Made by a program: the position numbers and the translations under genes. Below the pieces are notes generated by a model that made no database searches, was not told the origin of the DNA, and was given only the letters and a program-made list of their open reading frames with translations. From Alphaproteobacteria bacterium (GTDB lineage Bacteria > Pseudomonadota > Alphaproteobacteria > UBA7887), in the NCBI GenBank assembly GCA_965216755.1, contig CBDCGL010000011.1, positions 1,504,001 to 1,568,000 on the forward strand: 64,000 nucleotides of DNA. Direction: 5' to 3'. Below, in pieces: positions 30,489-43,395 of this stretch. Numbering within the stretch: the first letter of the stretch is position 1; each line of letters starts with the position of its first letter.

Positions 30489-31144
30489 CGGGTTGCGCGC
30501 TCCGCCAATAGCGCGTCGATATCTTGTGTCACTTTGTCGATGGTCGCCATGCCGTCTATTTTTCTGAGCAGACCACGTTCACGGTAATACGGAATCAACG
30601 GCGCCGTCTGTTGATGATACGCGCTGAGCCGCGCTCTGACGGTTTCCGCATTGTCGTCCTTTCGCCGTTTGAACGACTTAGATCCGCAAACGTCGCAAAC
30701 GCCGTCGACCTTTGTCGGCTTGAAACGATCGTGATATCCGGCGCCACAATTTTCGCATGAGAAGCGCCCTGCGACTCTTTCCACGAGTGCGTCGTCGTCG
30801 ACCTCAAAGACAATGACATGATCGATGCCCTGTCCCCGATCCGTCAGCAATTCATCCAATGCTTGTGCCTGGGCAATCGTCCGTGGGAACCCATCCAAGA
30901 TGTACCCCCGGGCACAATCCGGCTGGCCGATCCGGTCGGCGATGATCCCAATCACAACCTCGTCCGGTACCAGCTCACCCGCTTCCATGATCGCCTTTGC
31001 GCGCATGCCAACTTCACTTTTCGCCGCCACGGCGGCGCGCAACATGTCGCCGGTCGATAGATGTGCGAGACCGTGTTTGTCGTGAAGAGCCTGGGCCTGC
31101 GTGCCCTTTCCGCAGCCCGGCGGGCCAAACAAAATCAGGTTCAA
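30485..31144 (-). CDS. adk: adenylate kinase with zinc-type lid
   Basis: GPPGCGKGTQA, STGDMLR, LDGFPRT, CENC...CDVC lid. Confidence 0.97.
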   Translation of the reverse strand: MNLILFGPPGCGKGTQAQALHDKHGLAHLSTGDMLRAAVAAKSEVGMRAKAIMEAGELVPDEVVIGIIADRIGQPDCARGYILDGFPRTIAQAQALDELLTDRGQGIDHVIVFEVDDDALVERVAGRFSCENCGAGYHDRFKPTKVDGVCDVCGSKSFKRRKDDNAETVRARLSAYHQQTAPLIPYYRERGLLRKIDGMATIDKVTQDIDALLAERATR

Positions 31145-32484
31145 GACCGCCTTCCGCGCAGCTTGGATTTCTTGATCAGACCCTCATATTGATGGGCCAA
31201 AAGATGCGATTGGATTTGCGTTACAAAGTCCATATTTACGTTGACCACGATCAGCAGGCTGGTACCGCCAAAGTAGAATGGCAGTGCGTATTGCGAAATC
31301 AAGATCTCCGGTAGCACACAAACAGCCGACAGATAGACAGCGCCGACCGCGGTCAGCCGCGTAAGCACGTAATCCAGATATTCCGCCGTATTTTTTCCCG
31401 GCCGAATGCCTGGAATGAAGCCGCCATTACGCTTCAAATTGTCCGCCGTATCGGCTGGATTGAACACGACCGCCGTGTAGAAGAAGGCGAAAAATACGAT
31501 CAGGCCGATATACATGGCGATGTAGAGCGGTTGACCGTGCGCAATATAAGCACTGATCGCATTGAGCCAGTCGGGCCCCTGACCAGCCGAGAAGCTCAGG
31601 GCGGTGACCGGCAACAACAGCAGCGAACTGGCGAAGATCGGCGGGATCACGCCCGCTGTGTTGATTTTCAGCGGCAGGTGAGAACTCTCGCCACCAAACA
31701 TCCGGTTGCCAACTTGACGTTTTGGATATTGCACCAGGATCCGCCGCTGCGCCCGCTCGACAAACACGATGAACGAAATAACGGCAACCGCCATGACGAT
31801 AATGAAGATGATGAACAGGGCAGAGAGCGCGCCCGTGCGCCCAAGCTCCAACGTACCGGCGATGGCGCTCGGCAATTCGGCAACAATGCCCGCCATGATG
31901 ATCATGGAGATACCATTGCCAACCCCCCGGGCCGTGATTTGTTCGCCAAGCCACATCAGGAAAATCGTACCGCCGACCAGCGTGATGACGGTGGTCGCGC
32001 GGAAGAAAAGCCCTGGATCCAGCACCGCAGACCCGGCACTGCCGGTCATGCCCTCAAGGCCGACGGCAATCCCCAAGGCCTGAAAGGCGGCCAGCACAAC
32101 CGTGCCATAGCGCGTGTATTGAGTGATTTTGCGCCGTCCCGCCTCCCCTTCTTTCTTGAGTTGTTCCAAGTGCGGCGAGACGGTCGTCATGAGCTGAATG
32201 ATGATCGATGCCGAGATATACGGCATGATGTTGAGCGCAAAGATTGTCATGCGCCCCAGCGCGCCACCCGCGAACATGTTGAACATGCCCAGGATACCGC
32301 CGGCGTTCTGCTCGAAAATATCGTTGAGAATCAGCGGGTCTATGCCCGGTAGCGGAATATAAGTGCCAAGCCGATAAACGATGAGCGCCATAAACGTAAA
32401 CGCCAGGCGCTTTTTCAGCTCGGTCGCCTTGCTTAGCGCACCAAAATTGATCGTCGCGGCCAGTTGTTCGGCGGCTGACGCCAT
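31141..32484 (-). CDS. secY: preprotein translocase SecY
   Basis: IMPYISASII, WLGEQIT.RG.GNGIS, IPGIRPG, GGTSLLIVV. Confidence 0.98.
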   Translation of the reverse strand: MASAAEQLAATINFGALSKATELKKRLAFTFMALIVYRLGTYIPLPGIDPLILNDIFEQNAGGILGMFNMFAGGALGRMTIFALNIMPYISASIIIQLMTTVSPHLEQLKKEGEAGRRKITQYTRYGTVVLAAFQALGIAVGLEGMTGSAGSAVLDPGLFFRATTVITLVGGTIFLMWLGEQITARGVGNGISMIIMAGIVAELPSAIAGTLELGRTGALSALFIIFIIVMAVAVISFIVFVERAQRRILVQYPKRQVGNRMFGGESSHLPLKINTAGVIPPIFASSLLLLPVTALSFSAGQGPDWLNAISAYIAHGQPLYIAMYIGLIVFFAFFYTAVVFNPADTADNLKRNGGFIPGIRPGKNTAEYLDYVLTRLTAVGAVYLSAVCVLPEILISQYALPFYFGGTSLLIVVNVNMDFVTQIQSHLLAHQYEGLIKKSKLRGRRS

Positions 32485-32513
32485 ACAATCTCCTCTTGCG
32501 ACCCCGGCCCGCC

Positions 32514-33026
32514 CTAAGCGCCCGAGTCGCCCTTACCGGATGACTTCTTTTGCTGCGACCGAGTCAGCGGACCCACGATTGATAGCTTTCCGCCGGTTTT
32601 TTCAATCGCGGCCGCGGCGCTCTTGCTCGCCCCAGAAACCGCGATGTCCAATTTGGCCTTCAACTCACCCTGTCCCAGCAAGCGTACACCATCTCTTAAA
32701 TGGGTAACGATGCCCGCCGCCTGCAAGGCCGCGGCGTCGATAGTCTTGTCGGCATCGAGTTTGCCCGCGTCGACGGCTGTCTGCAGGCGTCCAACGTTGA
32801 CGGCACAAAAGCGCTTACGGAAAAGATTGTGGAAACCGCGCTTCGGCAACCGCCGATGCAAAGGCATTTGGCCGCCCTCAAAACCATTAATACTCACGCC
32901 GCTCCGCGACTTCTGGCCCTTGTGCCCCTTCGCGGCGGTCTTGCCTTTGCCGGACCCAATCCCGCGGCCGACGCGCATTCGAACATTTCGTTCGCCGGCC
33001 TTTGGTTGCAACTCGTTCAATCGCAT
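32514..33026 (-). CDS. rplO: 50S ribosomal protein L15
   Basis: RVGRGIGSGKGKT, FEGGQMPLHRRLPKRGF. Confidence 0.98.
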   Translation of the reverse strand: MRLNELQPKAGERNVRMRVGRGIGSGKGKTAAKGHKGQKSRSGVSINGFEGGQMPLHRRLPKRGFHNLFRKRFCAVNVGRLQTAVDAGKLDADKTIDAAALQAAGIVTHLRDGVRLLGQGELKAKLDIAVSGASKSAAAAIEKTGGKLSIVGPLTRSQQKKSSGKGDSGA

Positions 33027-33084
33027 CTATTCGGGTCCCGTCGTTTTGTTTGAGCTAGGCAGAGATGATTGCGCTGACTTGCGG

Positions 33085-33285
33085 CTAGCCGATTTCCTCG
33101 ACTCGGACCAAGTGGTGAACCTTGCGCAACCGGCCCCGGGTTGACGGCGTATCGGCCAACTCCCGAACCCGGTTCATCTTATTGAGGCCCAAGCCAATCA
33201 GCGTCTCGCGCTGGTCGCGGCGGCGCCCAATGGGGCTGCCGATCTGAGTCACGCGCAGTTTGCTGTCTTTCTTTCGTGCTGCCAT
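33085..33285 (-). CDS. rpmD: 50S ribosomal protein L30
   Basis: [10 protein letters not shown]...TLIGLGL...DTPS.RG. Confidence 0.96.
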   Translation of the reverse strand: MAARKKDSKLRVTQIGSPIGRRRDQRETLIGLGLNKMNRVRELADTPSTRGRLRKVHHLVRVEEIG

Positions 33286-33313
33286 GGCAACCTCTACGTC
33301 CTATCTGGCTCGC

Positions 33314-33889
33314 CTATTTGGCCGCCGGCGCTTCAGCTACGGTGGGCTCGCGTCGCCCCAGGATATCGCTGACCTTTTTGCCCCGTTTGCTGGCCACCTG
33401 TCGCGGCGACTCGATGCGGGTCAAAGCGTCAAAGGTGGCGCGCACCATATTGTAGGGGTTGGCCGAACCAATCGATTTGGTGACGATGTCTTGCACACCG
33501 AGAGTTTCGAACACGGCACGCATCGGCCCGCCCGCAATCACACCCGTACCTGCTTGAGCCGTCCGCAAAACCACGCGACCCGCTCCATAACGTCCTTGCA
33601 CGTCATGGTGCAGTGTGCGGCCCTCTCGCAAGGGCACCCTAATCAATCCCCGTTTGGCTTGCTCGGTGGCTTTGCGAATGGCTTCCGGAACCTCACGGGC
33701 CTTGCCAGTGCCAAAACCGACACGCCCACGACCATCGCCGACAACGACCAACGCGGCAAAACCGAAGCGCCGGCCGCCCTTCACAACCTTGGCGACTCGG
33801 TTGATGCTGACCAATTTGTCAATCAAATCGCCGTCGGAATCATTGTCTTTCCGAGACCGTCGATCGCCGCGCCTATCTTGTCTTGCCAT
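33314..33889 (-). CDS. rpsE: 30S ribosomal protein S5
   Basis: [22 protein letters not shown]. Confidence 0.98.
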   Translation of the reverse strand: MARQDRRGDRRSRKDNDSDGDLIDKLVSINRVAKVVKGGRRFGFAALVVVGDGRGRVGFGTGKAREVPEAIRKATEQAKRGLIRVPLREGRTLHHDVQGRYGAGRVVLRTAQAGTGVIAGGPMRAVFETLGVQDIVTKSIGSANPYNMVRATFDALTRIESPRQVASKRGKKVSDILGRREPTVAEAPAAK

Positions 33890-33931
33890 GCTCTATCCGT
33901 TTTCTCAGCGCCCAACGCAGTACGCGCGGCG

Positions 33932-34294
33932 TCAAAACTCCAATCCGTTTTCGCGGGCACCCTCTGCCAAGGCCCGGACGCGGCCATGATACAGATAGCC
34001 GCCGCGATCAAAAATCACTTCCGTGACACCAGCTGCTTTGGCTCGTTCCGCGATCAAAGCGCCCACTTGTCGCGCCGCATCGACGTTGCCGCCGGTCTTC
34101 AGTTTGCCGCGCAAGTCCTTTTCAAGACTTGAAGCCGACGCCAACGTGCGCCCTTCGCCGTCGCTGATGACTTGCGCATAAATATGCTGATGCGAGCGGA
34201 AGACAGACAACCGCGGCCGCCCTTTTCCGGCCTTGCGTAAGCTTTGGCGAACCCGTTGCCGTCGCCGTTCATGGAGTGCCCGCGTCTTTAACAT
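33932..34294 (-). CDS. rplR: 50S ribosomal protein L18
   Basis: [21 protein letters not shown]. Confidence 0.98.
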   Translation of the reverse strand: MLKTRALHERRRQRVRQSLRKAGKGRPRLSVFRSHQHIYAQVISDGEGRTLASASSLEKDLRGKLKTGGNVDAARQVGALIAERAKAAGVTEVIFDRGGYLYHGRVRALAEGARENGLEF

Positions 34295-34305
34295 CCGTTA
34301 AAACC

Positions 34306-34839
34306 CTACTTCTTCTTGCCTTCCTTGCGTCGCACATATTCGTCGGCGTAGCGGATGCCTTTGCCCTTATAGGGCTCCGGTTTGCGCAATGCGCGAATGT
34401 CGGCGGCAAACTGGCCAACGCGCTGTCGGTTGGCGCCGGACAGCATAATCTCGGTCGGCTTCTCGCACTTGACCGTTACGTCGCTTGGAATTGCGATCTT
34501 GACTTCGTGACTGTACCCCAGCTGCAGATTCAATATGTCTCCCTGGATCGCGGCACGGTAGCCGACCCCGCTGATTTCCAGCTTGCGCGTGAAGCCTTGC
34601 GAAACGCCGGTGACAATGTTGTTGACCAGCGTGCGGCTCATGCCCCACATCGCACGGGCTCTGCCACTTTCATCACGCGGCTTGACCACGATAGTCGAGT
34701 CGTCCCGCGACAATGTGACCTCGTCCGTAAAGACATGGCTCAACTCGCCCAGCTTGCCCTTGGCGGTCAACGCCTGACCATCGATCGAAATCTCGACCCC
34801 GTCAGGAATGTTAACTGGTGCCAAACCGATACGTGACAC
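34306..34839 (-). CDS. rplF: 50S ribosomal protein L6
   Basis: SRIG..P, GVGYRA, LGYSH, PEPYKGKGI. Confidence 0.98.
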   Translation of the reverse strand: MSRIGLAPVNIPDGVEISIDGQALTAKGKLGELSHVFTDEVTLSRDDSTIVVKPRDESGRARAMWGMSRTLVNNIVTGVSQGFTRKLEISGVGYRAAIQGDILNLQLGYSHEVKIAIPSDVTVKCEKPTEIMLSGANRQRVGQFAADIRALRKPEPYKGKGIRYADEYVRRKEGKKK

Positions 34840-34849
34840 GTCGTCCCCC

Positions 34850-35248
34850 CTAAAACACTCTGCACAAAACTTCGCCGCCAACATTGTTGGCGCGCGCATC
34901 GGCATCGGACATCACGCCACGCGGGGTCGACAGTATGGAAATACCCAATCCGTTATTGATCCGCGGCAGATCCTTGATGCCGGAGTACACACGCCGTCCC
35001 GGTGTTGATACGCGACGTATCTGCCTGATAACCGGCGTGCCTTCGTGATATTTCAATTCAATTGCAAGATGCGGTTTTCCAGGCTTGTCTTCAAAGCGCT
35101 TATAGCCTCGGATGAAGCCTTCTCGATGCAATACCTCCAACACATTGGAGCGCAGTCGTGACGCCGGGCAGCGCACAGTACGCTTGCCCACACGCTGACC
35201 ATTGCGAATGCGGGTCAGCATATCCCCTAGGGGATCGGACATCGTCAT
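34850..35248 (-). CDS. rpsH: 30S ribosomal protein S8
   Basis: [26 protein letters not shown]. Confidence 0.98.
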   Translation of the reverse strand: MTMSDPLGDMLTRIRNGQRVGKRTVRCPASRLRSNVLEVLHREGFIRGYKRFEDKPGKPHLAIELKYHEGTPVIRQIRRVSTPGRRVYSGIKDLPRINNGLGISILSTPRGVMSDADARANNVGGEVLCRVF

Positions 35249-35261
35249 ATGGGCCGTCTCC

Positions 35262-35567
35262 TTACCAACTGGCCTTGATCATGCCGGGTATCTGGCCGCT
35301 CGACGCCAGCTCGCGCAGTGCGATACGCGAGAGTCTTAATTTGCGGTAGTAGCCACGCGGCCGTCCGGTCAATTGACATCGATTGCGCACGCGTACCTTG
35401 GCACTGTTGCGCGGCACCGCCGCCAACTGCAAACGCGACGTAAACCGATCCTCCGGTGGCAACGATTGGTCGTTTGCTTGCGCCTTAAGGCGCGCGCGCT
35501 TCGCCGCAAATTTCTCGACCAGACGACGGCGTTTCTTGTCCCGTTCAACGGCGCTGGTCTTGGCCAT
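35262..35567 (-). CDS. rpsN: 30S ribosomal protein S14
   Basis: [21 protein letters not shown]. Confidence 0.98.
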   Translation of the reverse strand: MAKTSAVERDKKRRRLVEKFAAKRARLKAQANDQSLPPEDRFTSRLQLAAVPRNSAKVRVRNRCQLTGRPRGYYRKLRLSRIALRELASSGQIPGMIKASW

Positions 35568-35599
35568 GTAAATCCTCCAAACTGGTCGCGCGTCGTGCG

Positions 35600-36142
35600 C
35601 TAGTTCTTTGTAAAAGGCATGTTGAGTGCGGCGAGCAGCGCCCGACCTTCGTCATCCGTCGGCGCGGACGTGACAATCACCACATTCAGTCCACGGATCT
35701 CGTCGACCGCGTCGTAGTCGATCTCCGGAAACACGATTTGCTCTTTTAGGCCCAGCGCATAATTGCCGCGACCGTCGAACGCACCCGGCGATACACCGTG
35801 GAAGTCACGCACACGGGGCAAAGCGATCGTGATCAGCCGATCCAAGAATTCATACATCCGGTCTCGTCGCAATGTGACCTTGCAACCAACCTTCATGCCC
35901 TCGCGCAACTTAAACGCCGCGATCGACTTTTTCGCGCTGGTCACAAGCGGTTTCTGACCGGCAATCGCGGTTAGGTCCTTCACCGCACCGTCGATCTTTT
36001 TGCTTTCCCGGGCAGCCTCGCCGACCCCCATGTTGACGACCACTTTGACCAGCTTCGGCACCTGCATCGGATTGCTGTACCCAAATTGCGCGCGCAGCTT
36101 GTCGCGGATGACATTCTGATATTCGTCTTGCAGGCGCGTCAT
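35600..36142 (-). CDS. rplE: 50S ribosomal protein L5
   Basis: VVNMGVG, GCKVTLR, PRVRDF.G, FDGRGNY, IVFPEI. Confidence 0.98.
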   Translation of the reverse strand: MTRLQDEYQNVIRDKLRAQFGYSNPMQVPKLVKVVVNMGVGEAARESKKIDGAVKDLTAIAGQKPLVTSAKKSIAAFKLREGMKVGCKVTLRRDRMYEFLDRLITIALPRVRDFHGVSPGAFDGRGNYALGLKEQIVFPEIDYDAVDEIRGLNVVIVTSAPTDDEGRALLAALNMPFTKN

Positions 36143-36154
36143 CAGCTCCCCCGT

Positions 36155-36478
36155 TTAGCGATCGATGATCTCGCCAGAGCGCTTGGCAAAACGCACTTTG
36201 CGGCCATCTTCCAAGGTTTTCCGGCCAACCCGCGTTGCGCGGCCGTCCTTGGGGTCGACATGGGCGACGTTCGAGACATGCAACGGCGCTTCCTTCTCTA
36301 TGATGCCTCCCGGTCCCGTCGGCGACGGCCGGGTGTGCCGCTTGACCATATTGACACCTTGCACAAGGACACGTTTGTCTTTGGGTAAAACGCGCAAGAC
36401 TTCGCCTTTTTGGCCTTTGTCGCGCCCAGTGACGACAATGACTTGATCGCCCTTCCTTACGTGCAACTTTGTCGCCAT
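36155..36478 (-). CDS. rplX: 50S ribosomal protein L24
   Basis: [22 protein letters not shown]. Confidence 0.98.
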   Translation of the reverse strand: MATKLHVRKGDQVIVVTGRDKGQKGEVLRVLPKDKRVLVQGVNMVKRHTRPSPTGPGGIIEKEAPLHVSNVAHVDPKDGRATRVGRKTLEDGRKVRFAKRSGEIIDR

Positions 36479-36846
36479 TACAGGACCTCCGGCGCCAGCG
36501 AAATAATTTTCATAAACCGCTTGGCGCGCAATTCACGAGTCACCGGACCGAAGATGCGGGTGCCTATCGGCTCACCTTGCCGATTGATCAAAACGGCCGC
36601 ATTGCGATCAAACCGAATGGCACTGCCATCGGGCCGTCTGACCTCCTTCGCGGTCCGCACGACGACGGCCTGATGAATATCGCCTTTCTTGACGCGACCG
36701 CGCGGGATCGCCTCTTTAACGCTGACCACGATGATGTCGCCGACTGAGGCCCATCGCCGGCCGGCGCCACCGAGCACTTTGATGCACTGCACCCGGCGCG
36801 CGCCCGAATTGTCGGCAACGTCCAGGTTGGTCTGCATCTGGATCAT
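36478..36846 (-). CDS. rplN: 50S ribosomal protein L14
   Basis: [29 protein letters not shown]. Confidence 0.98.
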   Translation of the reverse strand: MIQMQTNLDVADNSGARRVQCIKVLGGAGRRWASVGDIIVVSVKEAIPRGRVKKGDIHQAVVVRTAKEVRRPDGSAIRFDRNAAVLINRQGEPIGTRIFGPVTRELRAKRFMKIISLAPEVL

Positions 36847-36906
36847 GGCGAGGGTCCCCGTTTTTTCCCGTTTCGTAAGTGCCAGCTATCGCGAGGCCCT
36901 GCGCGC

Positions 36907-37146
36907 TTAGGCAGAGGCTTCGGCCAGCACCTCCCAACGCTTGCGTTTCGACAAAGGCCGGCATTCGCGGATTTGGACCTTGTCGCCAACTTTGCAACGG
37001 TTGTCCTCATCGTGCGCCATGTATTTTTTCGACCGGCGGATAAATTTCTTGTACAGCGGATGCCGAATGCGCCGGTCGACGCTGACGACGACCGTCTTCT
37101 CGGCCGCGTCGCTCACAACTGTCCCAGACAAAACCCGCCTTGGCAT
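36907..37146 (-). CDS. rpsQ: 30S ribosomal protein S17
   Basis: [22 protein letters not shown]. Confidence 0.98.
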   Translation of the reverse strand: MPRRVLSGTVVSDAAEKTVVVSVDRRIRHPLYKKFIRRSKKYMAHDEDNRCKVGDKVQIRECRPLSKRKRWEVLAEASA

Positions 37147-37149
37147 CCC

Positions 37150-37365
37150 CTACTCTCCATCCTTGCCGCCGACCGTCGCCCGCGCACGCTCACCCAAGAT
37201 TGTCTTAATGCGCGCGATCTCTCGCCGGACATGCCGGCGCCGCGCGGTATTCTCCAATTGACCCGTGGCAGCCTGAAAACGCAGGTTGAATTGCTCTTTC
37301 TTCAAGCCGAGCAATTGCGCCTGCAATGCGCCATCATCCTTGCTGCGCAAATCTTGAGCCGCCAT
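37150..37365 (-). CDS. rpmC: 50S ribosomal protein L29
   Basis: [23 protein letters not shown]. Confidence 0.97.
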   Translation of the reverse strand: MAAQDLRSKDDGALQAQLLGLKKEQFNLRFQAATGQLENTARRRHVRREIARIKTILGERARATVGGKDGE

Positions 37366-37785
37366 CTAGATGTCCTCACCAATACGCGCCACGAAGCGGG
37401 TTCGCATCGGCAACTTTGCGGCGCCGCGGCGAAACGCCTCGCGCGCCAGCTCACCGGGTATACCGTCAAGTTCGAACATTACCCGGCCCGGCTTGACCCG
37501 GCACATCCAATATTCTGGCGACCCCTTGCCCTTGCCCATGCGCACCTCGGTCGGCTTTGATGACACTGGGACATCTGGAAATATGCGAATCCACATGCGG
37601 CCGGCACGCTTTATGTGGCGTGTAATGGCACGCCGCGCCGCCTCGATCTGCCGCGCCGTCACCCGCCCCGGCTCTTCCGCCTTAAGGCCGAACGCGCCAA
37701 AGTTGAGGGCGGTTCCACCTTTTGCGTTGCCGTGAATGCGCCCCTTATGGGCTTTGCGATATTTGGTTCGCTTCGGGCTCAGCAT
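37366..37785 (-). CDS. rplP: 50S ribosomal protein L16
   Basis: [22 protein letters not shown]. Confidence 0.98.
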   Translation of the reverse strand: MLSPKRTKYRKAHKGRIHGNAKGGTALNFGAFGLKAEEPGRVTARQIEAARRAITRHIKRAGRMWIRIFPDVPVSSKPTEVRMGKGKGSPEYWMCRVKPGRVMFELDGIPGELAREAFRRGAAKLPMRTRFVARIGEDI

Positions 37786-37810
37786 GGTCTTGTTCCTTTA
37801 CGCGCGACGC

Positions 37811-38491
37811 TTAGACGCGCGCACCTTGCATTTCGTTGCGCCGGCGATCCTGGGCCATCGGGTCGTGTTCCATGATCTCGCCCTTGAACACCCAAACTTT
37901 CACCCCGCACGAGCCATACGCGGTGCGCGCCGTCGCAACGCCATAGTCAACATCCGCGCGCAGTGTATGCAGGGGAACCCGTCCCTCGCGGTACCACTCC
38001 GTGCGCGCGATCTCGGCGCCGCCAAGTCGGCCACCGCAATTGATCCGAATGCCGAGTGCCCCCAGGCGCATGGCGGATTGCACGGCACGCTTCATGGCGC
38101 GGCGAAAAGCCACGCGCCGTTCCAACTGCTGAGCGATGCTCTCCGCCACCAACTGCGCTTCGATCTCTGGTTTGCGGATTTCGACGATATTCAGATGCAC
38201 CTCGCTATCGGTCATTTTGCTGATCTCGGCGCGCAGCTTTTCGATGTCTGCACCTTTCTTTCCAATGACCACGCCAGGTCGCGCCGTGTGGATCGTAATC
38301 CGCGCCTTTTTTGCGGGCCGCTCAACCACCACACGTGCGACCCCCGCCTGATCGAGACGCTTGTTCAAGAATTGCCGAATTTTTAAGTCTTCGTGCAGCA
38401 ACTCACCATATTCATTATCCGCGTACCAACGCGAATCCCAGGTGCGATTGATCCCCAGCCGAAGCCCGACCGGATTGACTTTCTGCCCCAT
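37811..38491 (-). CDS. rpsC: 30S ribosomal protein S3
   Basis: [32 protein letters not shown]. Confidence 0.98.
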   Translation of the reverse strand: MGQKVNPVGLRLGINRTWDSRWYADNEYGELLHEDLKIRQFLNKRLDQAGVARVVVERPAKKARITIHTARPGVVIGKKGADIEKLRAEISKMTDSEVHLNIVEIRKPEIEAQLVAESIAQQLERRVAFRRAMKRAVQSAMRLGALGIRINCGGRLGGAEIARTEWYREGRVPLHTLRADVDYGVATARTAYGSCGVKVWVFKGEIMEHDPMAQDRRRNEMQGARV

Positions 38492-38493
38492 AC

Positions 38494-38871
38494 CTAATCC
38501 TCCTCGCGCTCGCGCACGACAACCGTCAAGCGACTGAAAGGCTTAACGATCCGTCCGACGCGACCGCGCGCGCGCGCACGCCACCGCCGCATGGTCAGAC
38601 TCTTGCCGACATAGGCCTCCGCCACGTAAAGGCGATCGACATCCAAATTGTGATTGTTCTCTGCATTCGCGATCGCGGCTTGGACAACTTTGCTGACCGC
38701 GCCGGATATGCGCCGCGGCGAAACGCTCAACTGTTCCAACGCCGTCGCCACAGGCATACCGCGTATGGCCTCGGCGACAAGGTTCAACTTGCGCGGACTG
38801 GTGCGCAAACTGCGCGCCATCGCCATGCCCTCATTTTCCGCCAATTGGCGTTCGCGCTCCGGTTTGCCCAT
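38494..38871 (-). CDS. rplV: 50S ribosomal protein L22
   Basis: [22 protein letters not shown]. Confidence 0.98.
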   Translation of the reverse strand: MGKPERERQLAENEGMAMARSLRTSPRKLNLVAEAIRGMPVATALEQLSVSPRRISGAVSKVVQAAIANAENNHNLDVDRLYVAEAYVGKSLTMRRWRARARGRVGRIVKPFSRLTVVVREREED

Positions 38872-38873
38872 AG

Positions 38874-39152
38874 TCAGCCCCTGCGCGCCTTTTTGTCGGC
38901 CGCATGACCGTAATAAGTGCGCGTTGGCGCGAACTCTCCGAGTTTGTGACCGACCATATTCTCGGTCACCAACACGGGAATGAACTTCCGTCCATTATGA
39001 ACACCGAACGTCAATCCAACGAACTGGGGTAGGATCGTCGAACGCCGCGACCACGTCTTGATCACTTCCTTACGACCCGAGCCGTGAACGGCCTCGGCCT
39101 TCTTGAGCAAATACCCGTCCACGAATGGACCTTTCCAAATCGAACGCGCCAC
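38874..39152 (-). CDS. rpsS: 30S ribosomal protein S19
   Basis: [22 protein letters not shown]. Confidence 0.98.
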   Translation of the reverse strand: MARSIWKGPFVDGYLLKKAEAVHGSGRKEVIKTWSRRSTILPQFVGLTFGVHNGRKFIPVLVTENMVGHKLGEFAPTRTYYGHAADKKARRG

Positions 39153-39165
39153 GTTCGCGATCTCC

Positions 39166-40002
39166 CTATCTGCTCTTCGCCCGGTGCCGACTACGCAAAA
39201 TGTACTTCTGGGTCGACTTGTTATGACGAGTCCGCTTGCCTTTTGTTGGGACGCCCCACGGCGTTACCGGATGTCGCCCACCCGAGGTTCGCCCCTCGCC
39301 GCCGCCATGCGGATGATCGACTGGATTTTTGGCCACGCCGCGCACCACAGGCCGGCGCCCAAGCCAACGGCTGCGCCCCGCCTTTCCCAAATTGATATTC
39401 TGATTGTCGGGATTCGAGACAGCGCCAACCGTCGCCATGCACTCCGCGCGTACCATACGCTGTTCGCCAGACGAAAGGCGTAACAGAGCGTATCCAGCAT
39501 CTTTGCCCACCAATTGCGCATAGGTGCCCGCGGCCCGCGCCAATTGGCCGCCTTTGCGCGGCTTCATCTCGATATTGTGGATCACCGTGCCCACTGGCAT
39601 GTTGCGCATGGGCATGGCGTTGCCCGGCTTGATATCGGCCCGTTCGCCAGAAATGACCGCATCACCCGGTCGTACCCGCTGCGGCGCCAGGATGTAAGCC
39701 ATCTCGCCATCTTCGTACCGAATCAAAGCGATAAAGGCACTTCGGTTGGGGTCATACTCCAGCCGCTCGATCACGGCTGGCACATCGAACTTGCGGCGCT
39801 TGAAATCGACTATTCGGTAGCGCCTCTTGTGGCCGCCGCCACGGTTGCGCATGGTCATGCGGCCCAAATTGTTGCGCCCGCCGCTCTTACTCAGCCCCTG
39901 GGTCAGCTTCTTGTAGGGCTTGCCTTTATGCAGCTCACTACGGTTCACTACCACCAATTGGCGGCGTGACGGCGTCGTCGGGCGAAAGGTCTTAAGTGCC
40001 AT
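39166..40002 (-). CDS. rplB: 50S ribosomal protein L2
   Basis: [20 protein letters not shown]. Confidence 0.98.
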   Translation of the reverse strand: MALKTFRPTTPSRRQLVVVNRSELHKGKPYKKLTQGLSKSGGRNNLGRMTMRNRGGGHKRRYRIVDFKRRKFDVPAVIERLEYDPNRSAFIALIRYEDGEMAYILAPQRVRPGDAVISGERADIKPGNAMPMRNMPVGTVIHNIEMKPRKGGQLARAAGTYAQLVGKDAGYALLRLSSGEQRMVRAECMATVGAVSNPDNQNINLGKAGRSRWLGRRPVVRGVAKNPVDHPHGGGEGRTSGGRHPVTPWGVPTKGKRTRHNKSTQKYILRSRHRAKSR

Positions 40003-40021
40003 TATTTATCGTCCCTCGCCC

Positions 40022-40315
40022 CTAGATACCGGCCGTATAGTCAAGGCTCTCGCCTTCGGCCAGGGTTACAATCGCCTTTTTCCAATCGGAGCGCCGCCCC
40101 AGACGCCCCCGAAAGCGCTTGACCTTACCCTTTACGCGGATCGTGTTGACGGCCTGTACTTTGACTCCAAACAGGGTCTCAATGGCCTTGCGAATCTCGG
40201 CCTTATTGGCATCGCGCAGGACCCGAAACGCGAACTGATTATGCTCGCTCATGACGGTCGCTTTTTCCGTGATCACGGGTCCAAGAATTATGTCGTGTAG
40301 ACGCTCCGCACTCAT
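40022..40315 (-). CDS. rplW: 50S ribosomal protein L23
   Basis: [22 protein letters not shown]. Confidence 0.97.
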   Translation of the reverse strand: MSAERLHDIILGPVITEKATVMSEHNQFAFRVLRDANKAEIRKAIETLFGVKVQAVNTIRVKGKVKRFRGRLGRRSDWKKAIVTLAEGESLDYTAGI

Positions 40316-40932
40316 GCCAACCGCGCCTCCAACGCTGCCACGGCCGCTTTGGTTAAGACCAACGTATCGTGGCGCAGAATGTCATAAACGTTGGCACCCT
40401 GGCTTGGCAGCACATCGACCCTCGGGATGTTCGCCGACGCGCGTCGAAAACTCTGATCAACTTCCGCGCCGTCAATGATGAGCGCTGACGCCCAACCCAA
40501 CGTACTCAGACGCTTCGCCAGTGCCCCTGTCTTGGCCGAGTCCAAAGCCAGCGACTCAACAACAACCAAGCTCCCATCGGCCCGCTTTGCCGACAACGCA
40601 GATTTGAGTGCCGCCTTGCGGACCTTTTTCGGCAACTCAATCGCGTGGCTGCGCACGCGTGGTCCAAAGGTCGTGCCGCCGCCGACAAATTGAGATACGC
40701 GGCGTGTGCCATGGCGTGCGCGCCCAGTCCCCTTCTGTTTGTAGATCTTGTGAGTCGACCCCCTGACCTCGCTGCGCTCTTTCGTCTTGTGGGTGCCCGC
40801 GCGGCGCTTCGCCAACTGCCAGGTCACCATTCGATTGAGCAAGTCAGGCTTAACTGGCGCACCGAATACCACATCTGACAATGTGATCTTGCCAGCGGCC
40901 TTATTCTCAAGCGTGATGACGTTGGTTTCCAT
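40312..40932 (-). CDS. rplD: 50S ribosomal protein L4
   Basis: [17 protein letters not shown]. Confidence 0.98.
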   Translation of the reverse strand: METNVITLENKAAGKITLSDVVFGAPVKPDLLNRMVTWQLAKRRAGTHKTKERSEVRGSTHKIYKQKGTGRARHGTRRVSQFVGGGTTFGPRVRSHAIELPKKVRKAALKSALSAKRADGSLVVVESLALDSAKTGALAKRLSTLGWASALIIDGAEVDQSFRRASANIPRVDVLPSQGANVYDILRHDTLVLTKAAVAALEARLA

Positions 40933-40938
40933 GCCCTG

Positions 40939-41703
40939 CTATTCCTTTTCAGCCCCGCCTTCGCTTTGGGCGTCTTCGCTGGCGGTGTCTTCAGCGGCAG
41001 GTTCACCCACGTCGGGGCTTTCCGCACCGGCTCCCTTGAGCGCAGCCGGATAAGGCGCGTCGCCGGGCAAGGCGCGTTTAACGGCGTCGGTGACGCGGAC
41101 ATAGCCACCCTTCGGCCCGGGCACACCACCCATCACAAAGATCAGGCCGCGCTCCGCGTCAGTTTCGACAACATAGAGGTTTTGTTCCGTGGCGCGCCGG
41201 CCGCCCATCTGGCCCGCCATTTTCTTCCCCTTGAATACCTTGCCGGGATCCTGCGAATTGCCCGTCGAACCGTGCGCGCGATGTGAAATCGACACGCCGT
41301 GACTGGCGCGCAAACCACTGAAATTGTGCCGTTTCATCGCACCGGCAAAACCTTTTCCGATGCTTGTCCCCACGACATCGACAAATTGCCCACGCACAAA
41401 GTGTTTAGCGGTCAGCTCAGCACCGACATCAACCAACGCATCCTCACTCACGCGGAACTCGGCGACCGCCAGTTTCGGCTCTACATTTGCCGCACCAAAA
41501 TGGCCGCGCATGGGTTTACTCACGCGGTTGGGTTTGGCGTGGCCAACACCGACTTGCAGTGCGCTGTAACCGTGCTTGTCGGCGGTGCGTTGCGCGATCA
41601 CTTGACAATTGTCGACTTTCAGCACGGTGACCGGCAAATGGCTGCCATCTTCCAAATAGACTCGTGTCATGCCGAGTTTTTGCGCCAACAATCCGGTTCG
41701 CAT
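40939..41703 (-). CDS. rplC: 50S ribosomal protein L3
   Basis: [35 protein letters not shown]. Confidence 0.98.
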   Translation of the reverse strand: MRTGLLAQKLGMTRVYLEDGSHLPVTVLKVDNCQVIAQRTADKHGYSALQVGVGHAKPNRVSKPMRGHFGAANVEPKLAVAEFRVSEDALVDVGAELTAKHFVRGQFVDVVGTSIGKGFAGAMKRHNFSGLRASHGVSISHRAHGSTGNSQDPGKVFKGKKMAGQMGGRRATEQNLYVVETDAERGLIFVMGGVPGPKGGYVRVTDAVKRALPGDAPYPAALKGAGAESPDVGEPAAEDTASEDAQSEGGAEKE

Positions 41704-41713
41704 AACTCAGCCC

Positions 41714-42022
41714 CTAGAGTTTGATCTCGACGTCAACACCGGCCGCCAGGTCCAGCTTCATCAATGCGTCGACCGTTTGCGGCGTCGGATCAACAATATC
41801 CAACAATCGCTTGTGGGTTCGGATTTCGAACTGCTCGCGCGACTTCTTGTCGATATGCGGCGACCGGTTAACGGTGAAACGCGCAATATGGGTCGGCAAG
41901 GGAATTGGACCGCGCACCTGGGCGCCGGTCCGCTTCGCCGTGTTGACGATTTCCCGCGTCGATTGATCGAGGATGCGGTGATCAAACGCTTTCAGCCGAA
42001 TGCGTATATTTTGATTGTCCAT
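41714..42022 (-). CDS. rpsJ: 30S ribosomal protein S10
   Basis: [23 protein letters not shown]. Confidence 0.98.
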   Translation of the reverse strand: MDNQNIRIRLKAFDHRILDQSTREIVNTAKRTGAQVRGPIPLPTHIARFTVNRSPHIDKKSREQFEIRTHKRLLDIVDPTPQTVDALMKLDLAAGVDVEIKL

Positions 42023-42065
42023 ATCGCGGTCCCCGCCCTCGTTGTCTCTCGTTTTTTCGATTGGG

Positions 42066-43270
<1,205 letters not shown>

Positions 43271-43395
43271 TGGTCTCCGTAATCCTGACCGCCCGTCCAT
43301 TGGCGGCATACTCCCCGAACCGTTGACGAAAGACGCCGCGCCACCGCAATACGGTCGGTTATGACACAACGCCCGGAAACAAGTGGGCCCGGCAG

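Noticed and set aside
28470-32484. Absence of rpsD, rpmJ and infA from the alpha/spc region, and adk placed after secY
   Set aside because: Normal alphaproteobacterial gene order
40939-41035. Acidic low-complexity C-terminal tail of L3 (also L17)
   Set aside because: Common, variable extensions in alphaproteobacterial ribosomal proteins
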